Source: Octopus sinensis
Lineage: Eukaryota
Length of the DNA: 64,000 bases
Assembly (NCBI RefSeq): GCF_006345805.1
Contig: NC_042997.1
Span: 101,742,001-101,806,000, forward strand
Reading direction: 5' to 3'
Shown: one piece after another, positions 12,758-24,900 of the stretch
Position numbering within the stretch: position 1 is the first letter of the stretch
Layout: every line of letters starts with the position of its first letter
Made by a program: the position numbers and the translations under genes
Notes under the pieces: model-generated
Told to the model about the DNA's origin: nothing
Seen by the model: the letters and a program-made list of their open reading frames with translations, nothing else
Database searches by the model: none

Positions 12758-13096
12758 TTATGATGGAGGGAAAAACTCTAAGAAATCTTTTTTAACATAT
12801 TCTTCAATGACTTGTTGGTTGTTTAAAGGACAAAAATTGCTGGAAGGAAGTATTTCAGAGTTTACTGTGGTTCGATAATCAAATTCTGGTGCAGACCGAG
12901 ATTTAGGAATGAAAGACCTTGGTGTTAGTAATGTCTCAGAGGGTATCAAAGATGAAGGACTAGTAGATTTTGAACCTTTTGATTCTTGATAAAGAGCATT
13001 AAAAAATGGTTGTAATTCCATTAGAGATCTAATATGGCTCATATTAAGTAGTGGCTGTCCTTGAACAACTTTTAGGCTTGAGGGTTCCCCTTGTAT
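12758..13096 (-). CDS. DOP1A: DOP1 terminal coding exon ([35 protein letters not shown]...[14 protein letters not shown])
   Basis: ttttcttttgacag acceptor, 339 nt to TAA; contains track ORF 12758-13042. Confidence 0.93.
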   Translation of the reverse strand: MQGEPSSLKVVQGQPLLNMSHIRSLMELQPFFNALYQESKGSKSTSPSSLIPSETLLTPRSFIPKSRSAPEFDYRTTVNSEILPSSNFCPLNNQQVIEEYVKKDFLEFFPPS

Positions 13097-16000
13097 CTGT
13101 CAAAAGAAAAGTAGTTTTGCTTTAAATATAAACACACAATGATTGTTTAAATAGGATCTTTCTTTTATCAATATCACTACAGTTATTTTCTTCTCACTAG
13201 TTATTTTCACTACAGTTATTTACTGCTCAGTTAAAATGTTCTTGTTTCTCAAAATCTTGCTTTACATGTAGCATCAGACCTTATGCAAATCATTCATTCT
13301 GAGGACAGCATTCCTCTTTTTTTTCTTCTTCATATTTCCACATAATACTAACTTCAAAGTTTTAAAACTCTTACAGACATCATTTTAAGCATCAGTAACT
13401 TTCCATTACCAGAGACTTCTTAAATACTTTGTTCATCCTTTTTGGATAAATGCTTTAAACTTTCTTAACATTAACAGCAATGAAATGTATTTCTCGATTT
13501 TAAAGCCAACTGATGACAAGTGGGTACATATTGCTAGATAAAGTTTTAAATGTAGAAGTGAAATTACTAAAATGATTTTGGCATCAGAAAGGGCATCCAG
13601 CCATAGAAACCAAGCCAAACCAGATTGGAGCTTGGTACAGCTCTTTGACTCACCAATTCCAAACAAACTGTCTAACACATGCCAGCATGGAAAATGGCCA
13701 CTAAATTAAGATGATGATGATGATGACGATAAGCTATTAAACTTGCAAACCATGGTTTGTAAGTTTATATTGCTACATAAACTTTCATACTCTACTTTGT
13801 TCAGATTTTTTAATTGGAGAATAGGTATCTCACTTTCTGCAAAAAGTTACCTACATTGGAATGAAAGGGAAATATCTCTGCCCTCTTTAAGCATTGGCCC
13901 AAAGGTTTATTGTAGTTTAAATAAAGGAAGGACATTTTGTGGAGATAAAAGAGGTAACAGAATTACAGTTAGCATTTAGATGAATACAATGTAAGTTCAA
14001 GTTACTTTAGAGCCAGATTAACCTATAATTACTCTGGAGTTGTTAGGTTACATTCTGAGTCTATTACAATATCCTCCCATACCAGACACAGACATTAATG
14101 AATAATTTGGAGAGAGTTGCTTACTCGACTGTTGAGGAGTTTACTGATTCGAGTTACATGACAGACAAAACTTTTTATCTTAGGGTTCTGCTTTGGATCT
14201 TCGTGATGGTCATCTTCAATACTAGGTCCACCTGTGAAAGCCCATTTGTAGCTGAAAGGGAAATATCAATAATGAGTGTTTGGCTTACATGTACAACAAT
14301 AGGAAAATGTACATGAAATAGAAAACAAAATATAAAAGTGGTTCTTAGTTTCATCACAATTATATAATTAAATATTTACTTTCCTTCATATACTGTAATA
14401 AAAAAAAAATGCATACAATAACTTCACTGTACACTACAAAGAATTATATACTAGAATACTACTCACAGTTGAAATTGAGGAATAATATCTGCTGGTAGGA
14501 TTAATGCCATGTCAAGCAATTTACACACACTTAGATAGAGCTGAAGCCAAATTGGATTGTTGTGAGCATTCAGACCATTCCCGAGATGAGCCCAGCTTGA
14601 TTCAAGAGCAGCTATCCTCTGTAGTTGAGCTCTGTTAACAGAAAAATGTAACTGTATGTGCTTTGCAAGAAACAGTTCACTCACTTGATAAAAATTTTAA
14701 TCCAGTTTCTTTCAAAGTAGATATCATTAGATTTTGCTCAATAATAGTTTTTGATAAATTTCTCCATTTATAAAAATTGGCCCTCACTAAAGTAATTTCA
14801 AAGATTACCTATAATGCTAGCCATAAAAAAATTTTAATTAAAAAATTATATTTTTTAAGGATAAATATTTTAAACAAATTTAAGAGAAGCCTAATTTTAA
14901 ACAATTTTCCTCTTTATATTACATGCATATATTTTTATTCCTTTTCTGTGTTCAGTTTCTGGAATGAGGCCATGCTAGAGCTTCTTTAAAAATTTTCATC
15001 AGTTATATTGGCTATCAGTGCTTAGTCTCTTATTTTAATTTTTCTTGGTTTATCAAATGGCTAAATCTAGTCATAGCATGAAAGCAATATAATACCTAAA
15101 TACCACAAGATATTTTTGATTGCAAAGCAAACTTCTCAATTGTACATTAATGCTCATGTATCTAAATGGATATTTGACTTTGCTTAACTAAAATAAAAAA
15201 AAAGGAAATTTAAAGCTAGTTTTGCTAATTGTGATAAAAATTATTGTACTTCAATGTTAATTTAAAATACTCTTAATACAAATGTAAACTAACAGTAATC
15301 TAGTGTTGTATGTGTCACTGATAGAGGAATATATAGATCAATGCAGTAATTACAGAGAAATGCAGGATAAAATATAATTAAAATTAATGTCAGGCAATAA
15401 ATATTCATATAAACATGAATAATTTCTAAGATACAGGTGCTAAGAAAGTGAGAATTCTGCAAAGTTACTTTTCTGTCTAACAGCCATGTGAAAGCTATTA
15501 ATCCTTTCATTACTGTATTTATTTTGAGATGGTCTGTGTTTCTTTTAATTATTTTAAATATAACAAAGAATTTAGTAAAATAACTTAGTTATCATTCAGT
15601 TAGTGTTAGGAACATAAATTGTGACTAAGGTTTGGTGAAAGATTTTAATTCAGAATTTATGAAAGCAAGACCTTTGTACTACAGAGCCAGTTTCAGCCAT
15701 GTTGGAAATGAAAGGGTTAATTATAAAAACTAGACTACTTAAATGGCTGATCCTATGAAATACATTTGACTGTTTAGTCTTCAGTGGTGTCAATAATCAT
15801 TGGAGATACATTCCAACACAGCAAAATAGATCATAAAACGTGATGGATATAGTTAGAAACAGTGTCTGGTGTGCTGAATAGGTACATAGTTGTGAGAACT
15901 GAAATATTGAAGTCTATTTAAAATTTATATATATATAAATTTAGAAAATATAAATAAATGAAAAAAAAAATTTAAATCTAAGAGAATATAAATATTAAAA

Positions 16001-17243
16001 TTGAGACCATTTATGAAAACCAATTTAAACTAAATACAGACAAACATTTTTTGTTTTGGCTTCAACAATTATGTTGAAATATAAAAACAATAATTTCTCA
16101 ATATTCAAATATATCAAATCATTTAGATACTGAACTAATAATAGTTATTTTTTGAAATGCATGGACTTATTTAAAAAACAAAAGAAATGGAATTGTACTT
16201 GAATCAAATATTTCTATGAAGCTATGAAAATGCTGAAAGAGAAACAGTTTAATAATTAAGAAGAATCACTGAAATTATAAGTTCTAGAAAAGAAAAGAAA
16301 AAGCATAGTAAAGCAAACAAATATTTAATGGGATTTATACAAAAGCAGAAACCTAAAAGATATTGATGAAAATAAAAGTAGAAATAAAGCAGCATAAGAG
16401 TTAAAGAAACAATATGTAATAAGCAAATTAAAAAAGAATAATTATTGAGATTAGATGAAGATTTTAGATACACACACAATACATATATGCACATACAAAA
16501 CACATTTAATTTGAAGTCAACAATTCAATCAATCATTACTTAAAGTTTTATGTTTTTGCTTATTAAACAGCATAAAATATTTAGCAACAACTGTACTTTC
16601 ATGAAACATTGGAGCTTTAAGTAAGAACAGATTAAAGTTTCTGCTTCAAATTAAAAGAATGTAAACTATACACCATATATTGAGTACTTTTGTGCTTTCC
16701 TTATAAATTCAAATACATATGCATGTAGATACATATTGCCATCATTGCTTTAATGCCTACTTTTTCAGGCTTGTATGGGTTAGATGAAATTCAGTGAAGT
16801 AGATCTAATGGCAGGAGATGCACTTTTTGCCACTAGTAAAATGGCTGAACATGATTTCACAGAAGATTGCAAACTAACAACACTGCTTGTATGATGGTGA
16901 TATTCATTTGCATCCAGAGCACAATCTCAAGATAACAAAACATGAACACACACACACACACGTGTAGCTGAGAAGTTTGCTTCCCAACCACAAGGTTTTG
17001 AGTTCAGTCCCACTCTGTGACCCCTTGGGCAAATGTCTTCTGTGAGCCCGTTGCTGTTACAAGTGGGTAAAGCTTGGTTGACATCTTTTAGACTTTCATT
17101 AGCTGTTTTAGATGCGACCATAGCCAAGTGCAGACATAGATAGCTCTCAGCTGACCAACTCTTTGACCCAAGAGAGCATTGGTAATATGGCAGCAGAAGG
17201 AAAAGAGGGCTGCAGTACTAGCACTCATTTACAAATGCAGAGA

Positions 17244-17277
<34 letters not shown>

Positions 17278-18878
17278 TAATTCCTAAACAAAATGTTGCT
17301 GACAGTAACTTCAAAGTTTTGGCCAGCTGAGCCATCATCAGCTGTAACTTTGAAGTTACTGTCAACAACATTCTTATTTAAGAAGATAAATTTGTACTCC
17401 ATAAAAGAATAGAGTAACCCATCAGATTAATGTAAAATTGTCTTTATTATAACTGAACATAAAAACAAACATATATGTGTGTGTATATATATATCATCAT
17501 CGTTTAACATCCGCTTTCCATGATAGCATGGGTTGGACGGTTCAACTGGATGCCCTTCCTAACGCCAACCACTCCGAGAGTGTAGTGGGTGATTTTATGT
17601 GCCACCGACACAGGTGCCAGACGAGGCTGGCAGACGGCCACGCTCGGATGGTGTTTTTTATGTGCCACCGACACAGGTGCCAGACGAGGCTAGTTGACGG
17701 CCACGCTCGGATGGTGTTTTCTTATGTGTCACCGACACAGGTGCCAGACGGGGCTGGCGGACGGCCACGCTCGGATAGTGTTTGTTATGTGCCCTCAGCA
17801 CGGAGGCCAGTCGTTGCGGTACTGGCTACGATCACGTTCGGATGGTTTTCTTATGTGCCACCGGCACTGGTACCACAAGGATACAAATTCCATTGATGTT
17901 CATCTATTTTGATTTGGTTCGATTTGATTTGATTTGATTTGATTCGATTCTCACTTGCCTCAACAGGTCTTCACAAGTGTCACAAGAAGGAAGGTATGCA
18001 CAGGTGGACTGACTACGTCCCAGGTAGGGGCCACGGATTATGGCTTCACTAGTCTTGCCGGGTCTTCTCACGCACAGCATACTTCCATAGGTCTCGGTCT
18101 CTAGTCATTTCCATGGTGAGACCTAACGTCCGAAGGTCGTGCTTCACCACTTCGTCCCAGGTTTTCCTGGGTCTACCTCTTCCACGGGTTCCCTCAACTG
18201 CTAGGGATTGGCACTTTCTCACACACCTATCTTCATCCATTCTCGCCACATGACCATACCAGCGCAATCGTCTCTCTTGCACACAACAACTGATGCTTCT
18301 TAGGTACAACATTTCTCTCAAGGTACTAACGCTCTGTCGAGTAAGTACACTGACATTACACATCCATCGGAGCATACTGGCTTCGTTCCTCACAAGCTTA
18401 CGCATGTCCTCAGCAGTCACGGCCCATGTTTCACTGCCATGTAGCATAGCTGTTCGTACACATGCATCATACAGTCTGCCTTTTACTCTGAGCGAGAGGC
18501 CTTTAGTCACCAGCAGAGGTAAGAGCTCCCTAAACTTTGCCCAGGCTATTCTTATTCTAGCAGTTACACTTTCAGCGCACCCGCCCCCACTACTGACTTG
18601 GTCACCTAGATAGCGGAAGCTATCAACTACTTCTAGTTTTTCCCCCCGGAAAGTGACGGAAGTTGTTTTCTGCAGATTTTCGGAGGTCAATGCTCCAGAG
18701 CATCTGCCACATACAAAAACTATCTTCCCAGTTAGCCTACCTTTGACATTGCTGCACCTCTTATGTGTCCATAGCTTACACTGGGTACATCTTATAGAGT
18801 TTCTACCTACACCTTTTCTACAGATCGAGCAGGGCCATCTTCCTGAGGATATTTGTGGATTTTCTAACTTTCTACTTA

Positions 18879-18913
<35 letters not shown>

Positions 18914-21900
18914 TTTATGATTGTGAGCTGAGCATCCCAACCACAAGTTCACTCCCATATGTATGCATGCACAGACACACAGAGAATGGAATAAAGAAAT
19001 GGAATGGCAATCAGCTGAGATTCCATGAATATCAACAGATATTGATTTAATGCTTATATATGAAGAAATGATCTAGAAAAAGCTTTTTATTTCCAATGGA
19101 AGATGTAGCATATATATAAATTCAATTGTTTCAACTGAGTAAGTAACCATTCCATCACAACAACTTACTCTAGATGAAAAGAGGAATTTAACCCTTTACT
19201 ATTTAAACCGGCCATATCCGGCCAAAATATTTAATCTGTTTTATGCTCAAACTGACCAGATCCAGGCTCTCACACCTACCCTACAATGTTATTCTACATT
19301 AGGTAATTACACCATCAAGATCTTGAAGATATGAGATAATGCATGATTAAATCAAATCAATGTGAATCAATAAGCATTATGTTTGATAGAATAATCAGAA
19401 CACTAAAGGGTTAAGGTGTCTATTTTGGATTTACTTAAATATGTTCATCGAATCAACTTAAATGTTATGTCTCCACTCACTACTTCAAATTATGCTTTAT
19501 TGTTTAACATTCTTCCTGTAGAAAGACTCATGGCTTTGAAGAAACTTAAACTGAAGTTTTAGCAACAGTATTTATTACATGGCCAAAAAGGGGCAGCAGT
19601 CAGCATATCAGACAAAAGGCTTAGTGACATTTCTTTTAGTTTTACATGCTGAGTTTAAATTCTGCCAAGGTCAACCTTGTCATTGATCCTTTTGGGGCCA
19701 ATAAAATAAGTACCAGTCAAGCACTGGGGCCAATGTAATTGACTAGACCCCTCCCCACAAATTTCTGGCCTTGTGTCTACATCAGAAAGAATTATATAGT
19801 CAATTTTTTTTTATTCAGTTATTGTTTTAAACTTCTTAGATCAAAATATGTAAATGGACACAGAAAACAACAAAATAATATACAGCTGGTGACTTCTTTA
19901 TCAAGTCAGATTTTAATATTTTTTCTTTCTATTTTGCTTATTTTCTTTCAATTTATCAGCAAAAGTACTGAGTCGGTTGGTTATACTATGATGAAATACT
20001 TATGTGATCTTATGAAAATTAGGCTGTGTGTTAAGAAGTTTGCTTCCCAGCCACATGGTTTTAGGTTCAGTCTCACTGCATGGCACCTTGGGGCAAGTGT
20101 CTTCTACTCTAGCTTCAAGCCAACCAAAGCTTTGTGAGTGGATTTGGTAGATGAAATCTGAAAGAGGTATGTCATATATATGTACATATCTATGTGTGTG
20201 CCTTTGTGTCTGTGTTTGTCCCTCATTACCAACTGGCAACTGGTGTAGTTATGACCTCATAACTAAGTAGTTGGGCAAAAGAGACTAATAGAATAGATGC
20301 CAGGCTTAAAAATAAAAATAAGTAGTGGAATCGATTTGTTTGACTAAAATCCTTCAAAGCAGTACCCCAGTATGGCCATAGTCTAATGACTGAAATCAGT
20401 AAAAAAATAAAAGAATCATTGCTACCCTAATTTTAAAGGTATTAAATGAAGCAAAAAAAGAAGTTGTTTTGGAGAAAAAATTTATTAAAAACAAACACAC
20501 ACACATGCATGCACACAAACACAACTTGCTTTTAAAAATGGTGAACACTGATTTTATAAAATCATTTTTTATTACCTTGTCTAGCGAAACCCAGATTTTT
20601 TTTCATAGAGCCCACTTTGAGAAATGCTAAACCAAGCAATGAAATCTATTTTTATTTGTAACCAAATTTAATGTTGAAAGCAAATAGTAGAGAAGTCATG
20701 ATAGCCATTTCAAAGACATGCATGCCATTGTTATTACTTTTGTTTTATTGCAACAAAAAATTCCAATATATACATACATCTAGGGCCTGATTACTAGCAC
20801 AATTCCACTGCATATATTAAAGGTCAATAGATACAGTGTAACTATATTAATGACTAGGTCATAAACGTAAAACACTTTTGATTTTATAGTATTATCACAT
20901 AACAAAAGTGGTGATAGTGGCAATAGCATCCAAAGCAGTCAGTGCCCATGGTCTTTTATAGGGCCTTTGAGATTGGTGGGAGACTGAGCCCAAAATGTTT
21001 GCAACAGAGTGGACTTCTGCTAAAGGCACTCAAGGTGGTGGTGTTAAACCAGGTAACAGATTAACTCTACAACTCAAGTGATTGTTCCATAATGTGTTTT
21101 AGTTTCATCATGCAACCTCAAATCAACTAACCTGCCAAATAATAACAACTCTGAAAGAAGGTTGAAAACATTTTCTTAAAACAGAGTGTGCAGATACGCA
21201 AAGTAAACACGAAGTGTGCAGTTGGTTCTCAGCTCTAATATGTCACTTTATTTTCAGATTTTATATATATCTATACCAACACACCCATGCATATAGTTGG
21301 AACATAACTCAACCATAGATGAAAAACATTCGAGTTCGCTAAAGTTAAATTGTGTCACTTGCCAAAAAGCAAAATACTATTTTAGTGTCTGGCTTTGAAG
21401 TTATACCAACTAGCAAATTAAAATGAAATGATAGTAGTCCTATAGTAGTTAGTTTCAAGACTAAGATGTAAATTAGTTGCATCTTTCATCAAGATTCCTT
21501 CCAGAAAAATACTCTGGTAAATTCCAAAAATCACTTTATCAGCTCTTGAAGATAAAGTGCTTCGCAATAAAAAATATAGCTGAAGACAAAGTATCCAAGT
21601 TTCCTTGAAGACAATGTAATTTATACATAATTTATAACTCAGTCATATGAAAGAAACAGTTATAAACTTTATTACCCAATGTTTGCAACAGTTCTATACT
21701 AAAAGAGTCATTAACCTCACTTAAAATGAAACAAAGTACATAAGTTTTAAAATATGATAAATATACACAACATCTAGCTTTGAGAAATAAAAGGAGATTT
21801 AAAATGTTTCATTTTTCATTTGAAATGAGCAGTTAAAGAATATAGCAGCATAGAAATAAGTCATGATGGAAGTATTTTATCATAGGTCATTTCCAAGTTG

Positions 21901-24900
21901 CCATTAGAAAAGCAGTCCTTTGAGATTATTTTATCAGTTCATCTGGCATAGATGACAAGTAATAAACCTAAACTGTCTAATATGAAACTTCATTCTTGTG
22001 AATCACAAAGGCAGAGTAAAATGAATAGTTTTTGACTGTTCTACAAAAGAATGATAAATATACTTCAAAAAGTATTTGGGGGAGGAGCGGAAGTTACTTT
22101 ATACAATTTGTAGTTCACACATAATATTTTTCACATTCAAATGTCACTTCTTTCCAATTACTACATTTAAAGATAGAAATAAAGATTAAAAGAAAAAAAA
22201 TAGCAAAAGAAGACAGCTCAGTTTAGGCAACAGAATAATATTACTGCCAAGATAGAAACAAACTCAAAATTTGTCAATAGTTAATACATATAACATTACG
22301 AGAAAGTTTTCAAAGTTTGCAGTATAATTTTAAAATATGCATTGTTTACAAAACTAAACCAGTGTTGAAAGTATATAACTTAATAGAACACACTAAACAG
22401 TAAGTGCTACTATAATTAGAAATGTTAATGAAAAGATGTTTTAATCCAATAAAACACAAAGATTAAAAAAGGAAAAGCACTTCTTTGATTGATTATTTTA
22501 ATTATAAAAGACAGCATGAATAATATGAATTTAATAAATAATATTTTGAAAATAAATAATTTTATGAACTGTCAGGAACAATTTAGAAGTTCCAGTTAAC
22601 ATGAAATCTTAAAATAAATTTCACTCTGCTCTCAGTGGTCAGTTCTCCTATCACTAAATGTTTCATTGTTAATACAAACTTGCTTTAAAATAATAGTCAC
22701 AATTTAACATTTTGAAGAACATAATGCTGATTACAGAGAGAATGATTTGACTCTAGCATAGGGACTATAAAATCTAAACTTTTTGTCTTCCAACCATGTT
22801 CTATGGCAATAAGGCACCATATCTTTTTGTAACAATTTGTAGATATTTTCTTGCTGGTAATAGTTGGCACTACACATGCCATTAGGAAAACTATAGCATA
22901 AAACTTTGAAATTATACATCCAACTAAAATGAGCATATAAAAATTAAAATTATACTAAAAAGACACGCACAAATTAGCAAAAAGGAGTATTGTTGTTAAA
23001 GTAGATCTAAACATTAACAACAGTCAGATAGTCTAGGGACTAATAACAAGAGGTTTCAAAAGAATGTACTAAAATGAAAAGGAAACTACTGAAATAGATT
23101 CTATAATGCATAATTCACATTAGATTAATCTGGGTTATACTGTATTAATATGGTTATATAAAAAAAAAAGAAAAAAAAGCCAGAACTTCAACATTCAGTT
23201 TATTACAGGAGATGCTATAAATATTAAACTATATTGACAGTTTTTTCTAGTAATCAGTGTTAGTTTACATAATAAGAAACTATTATTATTAGATAAGAAC
23301 AGAATGTCAAGCAATTCTGTATGATGAAGTATAATTAGCAAATAGAACTACCATTAATGTTAGGCAATCAATGTCAGTGAAATTAGGCAGATCTCAACTT
23401 GAGGCTAGATCAGTAACTGAATTAAAGGCATTTTTAAGACAAACTGGAAATAATAAAAAAAAACAAAAAAAACAAAACAATAATGAACATTCACAACAAC
23501 AGTAACAACAACAATAGCAATTATAATAGCATAAAGGGAAAGAAAGTGAGAGGCAGAAAGGAAATACGGTTTTGAACTTATGCAGAGACATTTTAAGGGG
23601 AAAGTTTGCCACAAAATAATATCAAACAGGTGTTGGATTAAGCCAAAGAGAGCAGCAATTCCAACAGATGAAAAAATTTTTTTTTTTACAAATTTGTAGG
23701 CTATTTAGATATAAAGAGATAAAATGTTTAACCTGATGAAATGAAATCTAATATTTACCTCATTAGTTAGGTTTTAACATTTCATGATAACATGAAATTT
23801 AAATATACCTGGAAGTCAATCCAAGGTATCAGTGCTTATAACAACTTAGATCTTCTAATTATCCATTAAGTTTGTTTATATATATATATTTAAAAAGGCA
23901 ACAAATTACAGGAGTTTGTGAAAATCTTTTCTTATAAATCATCAAGTAATAGAACTAGAAAATATTCCATATAAACAATTCATAAAAACTTAATTTCAAG
24001 AGAATAGCAAGGACAGTGAAATAAGATATAAACTTAATCGACTTTAGCAATGACAGCCTAATATTTAATACTGTGATTTCTATTTAGCTACAATCTAATG
24101 GCATTTGAAGTAACTCCAAAGAAAACATTTGGCTCTAGATCATCACCGAGAAAGAATTTAAATTGGCAGATTTAATTACTTGAAATGTAAAGGAATTCAT
24201 GAACATGTCATAGTCAACCAATATTATCAAAGATAATAACTTAAATGACATTCTTAAAATTGTAAGAAAACTAATGTATTAAATAGAACAAGACAAATTC
24301 CCACTTGTAAACTTACATTAAAATGAAAGTTAAAGAAATTGACTCTATTCATAGGTTTTGAACAAGCATACTTAAATGACTATGTTTTATACAACACTGT
24401 TTAAATACTCTATGGGATAATGAAAACTACAAAAAAAAAATTACCCCAAATTTAGTTCTACTCAAGAATGAGTTGTATCCTCAATGGAAAAATTGCACTA
24501 TAACTGTTATTGAATGAAGCATTTAAATTTTTCACAAATATAAATATTGTAATGGGAAAATATGAAAGCTGAAACAATTTTCCATGAATAAAGTAGCTAG
24601 TTAGAAATGATTAGATGAAAAGTAAATAAACATGCCTAGATATAATGCTTTTACTATTGTAGGAATGAGTAGAAAGAATTTGAAACGGAAACTGAATAAC
24701 AGCCATATATAACAAGAAAATAATGGGGAAGAACTTTTTAAAGTATTTAGCCTAGTGAAGTTTAAATCTTAAAAATGTCAACAAGAGTTAAATAAAACAG
24801 TCCAAATTATTGCAAAGATGTTATTGGTATTACATTTAATTAAATTGGAACAATGTAAAGTTTCTGATGGAACTTAGAATATAAACCACGAAAATAAACA

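Noticed and set aside
16250-16345. Very strong pyrimidine tract plus AG (tgctttttcttttcttttctag) in the big intron
   Set aside because: Leads to a stop after 8 codons and has only a weak donor; such tracts are common in A-rich DNA.
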